Program-made: the position numbers and the translations under genes
Source: an uncultured bacterium
GTDB lineage: Bacteria; Fidelibacterota; Marinisomatia; SCGC-AAA003-L08; D37C17
DNA length: 39,294 bases
NCBI GenBank assembly: GCA_964646655.1
Contig: CAZYFB010000002.1
Coordinates: 1 to 39,294, forward strand
Direction of reading: 5' to 3'
Shown: positions 9,219-17,034 of the stretch, piece after piece
Layout: each line of letters opens with the position of its first letter
Position numbering within the stretch: the first letter of the stretch is position 1
Notes under the pieces: model-generated
Told to the model about the DNA's origin: nothing
Databases searched by the model: none
The model's input: only the letters and a program-made list of their open reading frames with translations

Positions 9219-10703
9219 ATGGAAAATAAAATGCAAATATTAACATTTAGAATATTAACAATAACATTTCTTTTATTATCTAATTTGATAGGACAGGAAA
9301 TAAATGAAAATTTAGTTACGATACATGCTGAAGATGCTAACTTATCTACTATTCTTTCAATAATTGCTGAAGACAGTGATTATAATATAGTTACTGGTCC
9401 TACAGTATCACAGGATAAAAAACTGACTATCCATTTAGATGACACTCCAATCTTAGAGGCTCTTGATTTAATTATCAGAGCATCTGGTTTAAGTTATGAG
9501 GTCAAAGGGAATTCAATTCTAGTTGCTGAAGCTAGTAAACTAAATGAAGAGATTGGCTTAATGACTTACGTAATTGAGTTAAAGTATGCTAATGCAACAG
9601 ATGTAAAAGATTTATTAAAAAATATTACTCAAAATGTAACTATTGATAAATCAAGCAATAAATTATTAATAAAAGCTAGTCCTAAAAAAATTGCAGAAAT
9701 TGAAGATGTTATAGAATCAATTGATACGCCTGCAATACAAATTATGCTAGAAGCAAGATTGATTGAGATCTCATCAGCTGATGAGGAGAAGTTAGGAATT
9801 GATTGGTCTAAGTTAGCTCAACTTTCTACAGTTATTGCTGAAAATGCTGCACCAGTTAAAGTTGAAGGTGGTGGAATGACTGGATCATTGGTTCCAGGAA
9901 TGAGTTATACAATTAGCGATGCAGGAGAAATTATTGAAGCTTTTGAACCTCAAACTACTGGACAATTGCCCGGACAAATGTATTTTCAAAGAATGGATGG
10001 TAATAATAGTTTAGGTTTTAGTAGACAGATGACAGCATTTGATGTTACTCTTGATATGTTAATTAAAAATAATGAAGCAACTGTTCTTGCTAATTCTAAG
10101 GTTGTTACGATTAATGGCCATGAAGCAAGTATTTCTATGGTTGATGTTGTTCCTTATATCTTATCAAGTGGTGGAGTTGGAGGTCAGGTACAAGTTGCTA
10201 GAGAAGAAATTGGAATTAAGCTTGATATATTACCTACTGTAAATCAAGATGGTTTTATTACAACCCAAATAACACCTGAGGTTAGTTCAATTTATGATTT
10301 TATTGGACCTGATCAAAATATTCCTTGGGTTAAGAAAAGAGTCTCTAATACAACTATAAGAGTTCAAAATGAGGAATCAATAATTATTGCTGGATTACTT
10401 GGTACAGATAAAAGGTATGAAACAAATAGGGTTCCCTTTTTATGGAAACTTCCATATCTAGGTAAGAGATTTTTTACAACTACATCTGAAATTGAAAGAA
10501 AAACTGATTTAATTATACAGATTACTCCTAAAATTGTAGAAGATACTTATTCTGGTATTATTAAATCAGAATCTCATATTAAGGCAGAAGATTCAATTGA
10601 AGATGAGAATATTTACAGTGAAGATGAATTAAAGGAAATCGTAAAACAATCTATACAAAATTCTTTAGATAGTTTAGATGAAGAGGAGAATAAAGATGAA
10701 TAA
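9219..10703 (+). CDS. pilQ: Secretin, PilQ/GspD family
   Basis: Secretin C-terminal signatures NTTIRVQNEESIIIAGLL, VPFLWKLPYLGKRFF and TDLIIQITPKIV. N0-like domain VTIHAEDANLSTILSIIAEDSDYNIV. Signal-like ILTITFLLLSNLIG. The ATG at 9219 (or 9231) is preferred over 9180, which overlaps the upstream gene. The C-terminal tail is acidic (DSLDEEENKDE). Confidence 0.85.
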   Translation: MENKMQILTFRILTITFLLLSNLIGQEINENLVTIHAEDANLSTILSIIAEDSDYNIVTGPTVSQDKKLTIHLDDTPILEALDLIIRASGLSYEVKGNSILVAEASKLNEEIGLMTYVIELKYANATDVKDLLKNITQNVTIDKSSNKLLIKASPKKIAEIEDVIESIDTPAIQIMLEARLIEISSADEEKLGIDWSKLAQLSTVIAENAAPVKVEGGGMTGSLVPGMSYTISDAGEIIEAFEPQTTGQLPGQMYFQRMDGNNSLGFSRQMTAFDVTLDMLIKNNEATVLANSKVVTINGHEASISMVDVVPYILSSGGVGGQVQVAREEIGIKLDILPTVNQDGFITTQITPEVSSIYDFIGPDQNIPWVKKRVSNTTIRVQNEESIIIAGLLGTDKRYETNRVPFLWKLPYLGKRFFTTTSEIERKTDLIIQITPKIVEDTYSGIIKSESHIKAEDSIEDENIYSEDELKEIVKQSIQNSLDSLDEEENKDE

Positions 10704-13242
10704 TTTATTTAGATACTTAACTATAGTTTATTTATTTATATTTAGTTTATCATGTGATAGTCGATCACCAGTTGATGGAGAAGATGCGTCAGGAGCTGAC
10801 TTAAGTGCAGATGATTTAATGATAGATAATAATGGTACATTCACAATAGATGTAGTTGATTTAAATCAAGATGAGTCCGTTGATTTTGCGGTCACACCAA
10901 TTGATGAATATGGCGGACAAATCAATAATGGGTTAAGTATAAGGTTTGAGATTTTAGATGATTCTCCTGGATATTTATCATCAAGTAGTGTAGCTGCAGA
11001 TTCATCTGGTGCACAGCAAACTTTTTATATTAGCCCATCTTCAAATTTAGTTGATGGTGCATTTAATTTTAATTTAGTTACTAAGATTAGAGCTTTCGTA
11101 GAAGATGAACCAAGTGTCAATGATACAATAAATATCTTGTATGAAGATGGAAATCTTCAAACTGAAGATGAAACATTAAATATCCTAACAGCACTTCCTG
11201 ATACCATTTCAATTGGTGAAGAGTCTATTGTTACAGCATATTTAACTGGTACTTTGAATGGTCAATCTGGTGTAGGTATACCTGATCAATATGTGCGTTT
11301 TCAGAGTTTAATTCCTGAAGATGGTCCTGATGGTTCAGAAGATTTTGGTGAAATGAATCCAGAATATGTTAAAACAGATTCTATTGGAATGGTACAAAGT
11401 GTATTTACACCTTTGAGTGAAACAGGTTTTGGTAAAATAAGAGCAACCTATGATGATTTGGTTGATGAAACATTTATTGAAGTTCTTTCTGGTGAGGCGA
11501 TTAATGTTGAGATTGAAATACCAACAGAAAATAATTTACAAGTTACTGGAGGTGGTGGAATAGAATCAGTAACAATTAATGCGGTAATTAAAGATGGTGG
11601 AGGAAATGTGGTTAATGATTCTTATGCTGTGATTTTTTCTGTTCCATGCCCATACCCAATTGATGGTACATGCCCAGTTGGAGATGGTGATTTTAGTAAT
11701 GATATTATGCTAGATGGTATTCCATCTGATGGAACATCTCCATTTGTAGTTGCTGAAACTACTAATGGCGAGGCTAGTGTCACTTTAAATAGTGGAAACA
11801 GGCCAGGTATTGTTACCATGAGGGTTCAGCTATGTAAAATTGAAAATGTAAGTGATGAAGGTGTTTGTTCAGATGTAATTTATGAGGCTGATAGAATTGT
11901 AGCGGCAATAAGTACTGGTCCTGCAGCATATGGACAAGTAGTAGCTGGTTGGGCAGAAGCAGATAGTACAGGTGGTGGAGTATTTTCAATTCCAATTACT
12001 GCAACATTTTGGGATGAATGGACTAATCCAATTGCTGATTCAACTAGTGTTTATTGGTATATAAATCCTGAATATATTGCATCAGTTGATCCAGATTCAA
12101 AGATTGGTAATTGTGGTGCTGGCGAACCTGGTCAAGCGTGTACAAATGCTTACTATACTTCTGGTGAAATTTTTAGTACCGGTCAAATATGTGCAAAAGT
12201 TTCAGGACAAGTAGGTGGTGATGTCATAGCTTGTAGTGGCGGTGCAAGATGTGAAGATTTTTCTCAGTTTGATTGTGCATCTAATGAAGATCTTGGATGT
12301 ACATGGAATGAAGAGTTTGATGAATGCTATTTTATTACATCAGAGAGATATTGTAACACTCTTTTTACTCAAGAAGAATGTGAATCACCAGAAAATTCTG
12401 CACAGGCACCATACAATTGTGTATGGAATGAAACTGCAATTGCAACAATTCCAGAATGGCAGCCAAATATCGCTGATGGAGCTGGATGTCATTATGCACC
12501 TCTTGTAGATGGGCTTGATGAACAACAATTCTCATTTGATGGTGATGGCGATGGCATTGATGATCCATTTACAGGTGAATGGGAGGCAGCAGGAATTATA
12601 GCTCCTGATGACCCATTCTGTAATATTTCTGGTTTAAATTCAATTCAATATCAACAATATAGTGAAGATTGTGCATCTAAATCTATATGTTCTTGGGAAT
12701 TTATTGCTGGTGCTACAGGTTCTTCAGATGGAAGTATTGGAAGTTGTTTGTATAATGGTGGTGCAAGTAGTGGGTCTGGCACAGGTTATTTTAATCCTTG
12801 TGTGGATTGCGCTATTGAAATTATACCACTTTCACCAACCGTAACAGATTATTGTGCAACTGATGATGAGCCTCTTGATATTTTGGTTAGAGGAAGTTTG
12901 ACTGATGCGTATGGAGACCCTGTTTCATTAGGAACATTATTAATGGCTGTATTTGATGCTTCAGCATTTAATTTTGTATCAAGTGATGACACTGAAATTG
13001 ATGAAGAAATGGGTTATGAATTTGATCCACCAATTCCAGCTAGCGCAACACAAATTACAGATGCAAATGGAGAAGTGTACTGGATTGTACGAATACCTAA
13101 CGATAATTGTCAAAATACTAACCCTGATGATCCAGACGTATTTTCGTGCAATAATGTATATATGAGAGCATATTTATTGGATCCATTGAATGGTGAAAGT
13201 GCTGACTTAAATACCATCTTATATAAAAATTGTCAACCATAA
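10696..13242 (+). CDS. Large secreted/possibly lipidated surface protein with Ig-like (Big-type) segments and a Cys-rich C-terminal half; orphan gene embedded in the pil operon
   Basis: AGGAGAA RBS before the ATG at 10696, which overlaps the pilQ stop by 8 nt. N-terminus NNLFRYLTIVYLFIFSLSCDS (signal plus Cys). Big-like strings (IVTAYLTGTLNGQSGVGIPDQYVRFQS; GKIRATYDD; GIVTMRVQL). Many Cys after about aa 500. Confidence 0.6.
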   Translation: MNNLFRYLTIVYLFIFSLSCDSRSPVDGEDASGADLSADDLMIDNNGTFTIDVVDLNQDESVDFAVTPIDEYGGQINNGLSIRFEILDDSPGYLSSSSVAADSSGAQQTFYISPSSNLVDGAFNFNLVTKIRAFVEDEPSVNDTINILYEDGNLQTEDETLNILTALPDTISIGEESIVTAYLTGTLNGQSGVGIPDQYVRFQSLIPEDGPDGSEDFGEMNPEYVKTDSIGMVQSVFTPLSETGFGKIRATYDDLVDETFIEVLSGEAINVEIEIPTENNLQVTGGGGIESVTINAVIKDGGGNVVNDSYAVIFSVPCPYPIDGTCPVGDGDFSNDIMLDGIPSDGTSPFVVAETTNGEASVTLNSGNRPGIVTMRVQLCKIENVSDEGVCSDVIYEADRIVAAISTGPAAYGQVVAGWAEADSTGGGVFSIPITATFWDEWTNPIADSTSVYWYINPEYIASVDPDSKIGNCGAGEPGQACTNAYYTSGEIFSTGQICAKVSGQVGGDVIACSGGARCEDFSQFDCASNEDLGCTWNEEFDECYFITSERYCNTLFTQEECESPENSAQAPYNCVWNETAIATIPEWQPNIADGAGCHYAPLVDGLDEQQFSFDGDGDGIDDPFTGEWEAAGIIAPDDPFCNISGLNSIQYQQYSEDCASKSICSWEFIAGATGSSDGSIGSCLYNGGASSGSGTGYFNPCVDCAIEIIPLSPTVTDYCATDDEPLDILVRGSLTDAYGDPVSLGTLLMAVFDASAFNFVSSDDTEIDEEMGYEFDPPIPASATQITDANGEVYWIVRIPNDNCQNTNPDDPDVFSCNNVYMRAYLLDPLNGESADLNTILYKNCQP

Positions 13243-13272
13243 GAAAAAGATTAATTAGGAGTAATAATAATC

Positions 13273-14988
13273 ATGTCATTTAACCCTCAATTTCAAAAGG
13301 TAGGTGATATATTAGTATATCATAACATAATTACAGAAGATCAATTGCAAAAAGCCTTATCAGAGCAAAAAGAAACTAATGAAAAATTAGGTCAAATTTT
13401 AATTAATCAAGGCATTATTAATGAATCAGATTTAGTTAAAGCCTATTCTGAGCAAATGGGACACAAGCACGTATTGGAAAACGATTTATTAGCTTTATCA
13501 GAAGAAAATGTTGGTTTATTATCAGAAGAATTTGCTAGAGCAAACCATGTTATTGCAATGAATAAAACAGATTCAGGAATATTAGTTGCAATGGAAGATC
13601 CAGAAGATTTAGATGCAATTGATGGTATTAGAAAAATTACAGGTTTGAATCCTGAAATTGTTATTGCTGGAAGAACTGCTATTGAAAATGCAATTGGCAA
13701 GTTATATGGTACAATTAAACAATCAGATGAAATTGAAAGTGCTATTTCAAATATTAGCGTAATAAGTGGTGATGATGATGATAATGATGAAGTTGATTTA
13801 GCTGAAGAAAATGTATCAGCAGAAGATGCACCTTTTGTAAAGTTAGTAAACTTAATGTTAACTCAAGCAATCAAAGAAGGGTCAACTGATATCCATATTG
13901 AGCCAGGTAAAACTGAGGTTAATATCAGAATAAGAATCGATGGTGTTTTAACTAAAATAATGTCTCCTCCTATTACATCATTAAATGGTATGATTACAAG
14001 AATCAAAATTTTATCTAAATTAAATATTGCTGAACATAGACTTCCACAAGATGGTAGGATGAAATTAAAAATGGGATCTAAAGAAATTGATGTCCGTGTT
14101 TCAATTTTACCTACAGTTCATGGTGAAAAAGCCGTACTTAGATTGCTTGGTAGTGGAGATAAAGAGCTTAATTTATCTAATTTAGGTTTTCCAGATAACA
14201 AATTGACTAAATTTAAAAAGTGGATTAATCAACCTTATGGAATGATCATTATTTCAGGACCTACAGGTAGTGGTAAATCCACTACTTTATATGCTGCACT
14301 TCAAGAAATAAAGTCAGATACTATAAATATTACAACAGTTGAAGATCCAGTAGAATATCAAATTCCAGGAATCAATCAAATACAAGTTCATGATGCAATA
14401 GGTCTGTCTTTTGCAGCGGCATTAAGATCAATTCTTAGACAAGATCCAGATGTATTATTAATTGGTGAGATCAGAGATCAAGAAACGGCAGATATTGCTG
14501 TTAAATTTTCAATGACAGGTCACCTTGTTTTTAGTACAGTTCATGCAAATGATGCTCCATCAACAATTTCAAGATTACTTGATTTAGGTATTCCACCCTT
14601 TTTATTAGGATCTTCACTAAATCTAATTATGGCGCAAAGACTAGTTAGAACAATTGATTCAAATGAAAAAATTGAAGATACTCCATCAAATGATCAGCTT
14701 CAAAGATTAGGTATATCAGAGAATGCTAATCAAATGTCTTTTTATAAAGGAAATCCAACCCAGCAAAATCATAATACTGGATATAAGGGGCGTACGGCTA
14801 TTCATGAAATTCTTGAAGTAAATTCATCTATAAGAAAAATGATTTTTGAGGAAAAAAGTGAATTTGAAATTAAAAGCCAGGCAGTTAAAAATGGTATGAC
14901 TCCACTTAGAGAAGCTGGAATAGACAAAATTAAAGAGGGGGTAAGTACTGTAGAGGAAATATTAAGAGCTACAGTAGAAGATGTATAA
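13273..14988 (+). CDS. pilB: Type IV pilus extension ATPase PilB (GspE family) with tandem MshEN-like N-terminal motifs
   Basis: GPTGSGKSTT, EDPVEYQ, LLIGEIRD, GHLVFSTVHAND; 571 aa. N-terminal KVGDILVYHNIITEDQLQKALSEQ-KETNE-KLGQILINQGIINESDLVKAYSEQ. Confidence 0.9.
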   Translation: MSFNPQFQKVGDILVYHNIITEDQLQKALSEQKETNEKLGQILINQGIINESDLVKAYSEQMGHKHVLENDLLALSEENVGLLSEEFARANHVIAMNKTDSGILVAMEDPEDLDAIDGIRKITGLNPEIVIAGRTAIENAIGKLYGTIKQSDEIESAISNISVISGDDDDNDEVDLAEENVSAEDAPFVKLVNLMLTQAIKEGSTDIHIEPGKTEVNIRIRIDGVLTKIMSPPITSLNGMITRIKILSKLNIAEHRLPQDGRMKLKMGSKEIDVRVSILPTVHGEKAVLRLLGSGDKELNLSNLGFPDNKLTKFKKWINQPYGMIIISGPTGSGKSTTLYAALQEIKSDTINITTVEDPVEYQIPGINQIQVHDAIGLSFAAALRSILRQDPDVLLIGEIRDQETADIAVKFSMTGHLVFSTVHANDAPSTISRLLDLGIPPFLLGSSLNLIMAQRLVRTIDSNEKIEDTPSNDQLQRLGISENANQMSFYKGNPTQQNHNTGYKGRTAIHEILEVNSSIRKMIFEEKSEFEIKSQAVKNGMTPLREAGIDKIKEGVSTVEEILRATVEDV

Positions 14989-16223
14989 TGCCTGAGTTTT
15001 CATATATAGCAAGAACACAAGATGGTGTTCGTAAAGAAGATATAATATCAGCATCAAATATAAAAGAAGCTTCCGATCTTTTAGTTGCAGATAATTTATC
15101 TGTTGTTAAAATAAATGAAAGAGATACTTCTTTTGATTTTATGGGACCATTTATGGAAAGATTTAATCTTTCTTTAGATAAATTAAAAAATAGAATACCT
15201 CTTACTAGTTTAGTGTTCTTCACAAGGCAATTATCCACAATGTTTAATGCTGGATTGACTCTTGAAAAAGCAATTACTTTTTTATCAAAAGAAGAGAAAC
15301 ATAAAGGTTTTAAAAAAGTTATAAATGAGATTGAAAGCGATGTAAAGAAAGGTTTACTTTTATCTGATGCTTTAAATAGACATCCAGGAGTATTCAATAA
15401 TTTATATGTCTCATTGGTACGTGCAGGTGAGGTTAGTGGTAAATTAGCGGTAACATTAGAAGAGCTTTCTAAGTATTTAGAAGCAATGGAAGATACTCAA
15501 CGAAAAGTTAAATCAGCAATGTATTATCCAACTTTTATATTAATATTTTTAGGTATGGTTATGGTTGTTTTGTTTGCATTTATCATTCCTCAATTTACTT
15601 CTGTTTATGATCAGTTAAACGCAGATTTGCCAATTTATACGCAAATGCTACTAGATACTGGAGATTGGTTAAGTAATAATTTGTTTACTTTTTTTTCATT
15701 TATATTTTTTTCACTTTTAGGTATATGGTTAGTATTTTTAACTGATAGAGGAAGATTAGTAAGAGACAGAATGCTATTAAAGCTTCCTATTTTTGGATCA
15801 ATCTTTAATCAAAGTGTACTAAGTAAGTTTGGAAAAACATTTGGTATATTGGTTGGATCAGGAATATCTGTTATTGAAACTATGAATTTAGTAAAAAAAG
15901 TTGTTGATAATAGGGTTTATGAACTTGCTATTGAGAAAGCTGCAAAGCAAATAGAAAATGGTAGCAGTATATCAGATGCTTTAAAGTTAACTGAAATTTT
16001 TCCAGGTGTTTTAATTCAGTTAATGAATACAGGTGAAGAAACAGGTGAAATTGATAAATTAGCAATAAAAGTATCAGACTTTTATTCAAAACAAGTTGAT
16101 GCTATAGTTGATAGGTTAACATCAATCATAGAGCCTGCTTTAATTATTTTGATTGGAGTCATTATTGGTATTGTCTTAGTTGCAGTATATATGCCTATTT
16201 TTAAATTTGGAAACGCATTCTAA
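14988..16223 (+). CDS. pilC: Type IV pilus platform protein PilC (GspF family)
   Basis: Two GspF-type repeats (FTRQLSTMFNAGLTLEKAI ... ; FGKTFGILVGSGISVIETM ...), three TM segments, C-terminal PALIILIGVIIGIVLVAVYMPIF. Its start overlaps the pilB stop (TAATG). Confidence 0.9.
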   Translation: MPEFSYIARTQDGVRKEDIISASNIKEASDLLVADNLSVVKINERDTSFDFMGPFMERFNLSLDKLKNRIPLTSLVFFTRQLSTMFNAGLTLEKAITFLSKEEKHKGFKKVINEIESDVKKGLLLSDALNRHPGVFNNLYVSLVRAGEVSGKLAVTLEELSKYLEAMEDTQRKVKSAMYYPTFILIFLGMVMVVLFAFIIPQFTSVYDQLNADLPIYTQMLLDTGDWLSNNLFTFFSFIFFSLLGIWLVFLTDRGRLVRDRMLLKLPIFGSIFNQSVLSKFGKTFGILVGSGISVIETMNLVKKVVDNRVYELAIEKAAKQIENGSSISDALKLTEIFPGVLIQLMNTGEETGEIDKLAIKVSDFYSKQVDAIVDRLTSIIEPALIILIGVIIGIVLVAVYMPIFKFGNAF

Positions 16224-16229
16224 ATTAAT

Positions 16230-16982
16230 ATGATAGTTTTTTTATTTGCTATCTTAGGCTTAGTGTTTGGTAGTTTTTTAAATGTTATTATTCATAGGCT
16301 TCCAAAAGAAGAGTCTATAATTTACCCTCCGTCTCAATGTCCATATTGTAAAACTAATATAGAATGGTATCACAATATTCCAGTATTATCATTTATTAAA
16401 TTAAAGGGTAAGTCATTTTGCTGTAATCAGAAAATTTCATTAACATATCCAATTGTAGAGATTACTTCAATGTTATTATGGATATGGGCTTATAATTATA
16501 TGCATGGAACTACTAATCAAATTTTTTTTATTATTATTGCATCATGTCTTTTATCAATATTCTTTACAGATCTAAATCAATTTTTTATACCTTTAGAATT
16601 AAATATATTAATTTTTTTATGTGCATTATTAAATAATCTTTTAATTGATCAAATTGATTTGAAATTTCATTTTATTTCTATGATAAGTATTTCATTATAT
16701 TTTTTGATTATTATGCTATTAACCAGTTATTTACTTAAAAAAGATACAATGGGTTATGGTGATATTATTTTAATTTCATCAGTTTCATTTTGGGTTGGGT
16801 TTATAGATTCACTTTTAATTATTTTTTTTGCTTCTTTGTTTTCAATTATTCATTGGTTAATTTTGAGAGTTACAAGCAATAAGAAGGATATTATTTTACC
16901 TTTTGGATCTACTATTGCATTAGCAGCATTAATTATTTTTATTTTAAAAAATACATTACATATTGAAACAAATTTTTTTTAG
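16230..16982 (+). CDS. pilD: Prepilin peptidase / N-methyltransferase PilD (peptidase A24)
   Basis: N-terminal FGSFLNVIIHRLP, Cys cluster CPYCKTNI...CCNQKIS, and catalytic Asp contexts FFTDLNQFFIP and GYGDIILI. Confidence 0.85.
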   Translation: MIVFLFAILGLVFGSFLNVIIHRLPKEESIIYPPSQCPYCKTNIEWYHNIPVLSFIKLKGKSFCCNQKISLTYPIVEITSMLLWIWAYNYMHGTTNQIFFIIIASCLLSIFFTDLNQFFIPLELNILIFLCALLNNLLIDQIDLKFHFISMISISLYFLIIMLLTSYLLKKDTMGYGDIILISSVSFWVGFIDSLLIIFFASLFSIIHWLILRVTSNKKDIILPFGSTIALAALIIFILKNTLHIETNFF

Positions 16983-17034
16983 TTAAAAATTAATTAATAT
17001 TATAAAATAAATTTAGAAACAATGGGAGAACTAA

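Noticed and set aside
11622-13165. Short ORFs inside or antisense to the 848-aa surface protein gene (11622..11819-, 11813..11995-, 12236..12508+, 12365..12568-, 12662..12844+, 12953..13165+)
   Set aside because: They are alternative-frame artefacts within a long ORF that has coherent domain structure. Their translations are low-complexity.
14969-15397. 142-aa minus-strand ORF
   Set aside because: It lies entirely antisense to the N-terminal part of pilC, which has clear GspF-family motifs. AT-rich genomes generate long antisense ORFs by chance.
1958-16982. Interpreting the block as a type II secretion system
   Set aside because: A PilT-type retraction ATPase (AVRNLIRE motif) and an actin-like PilM with N/O/P-like partners point to T4aP. 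No GspC/L/M-like set is recognisable. A secretion role for the pilus machinery remains only a speculation.
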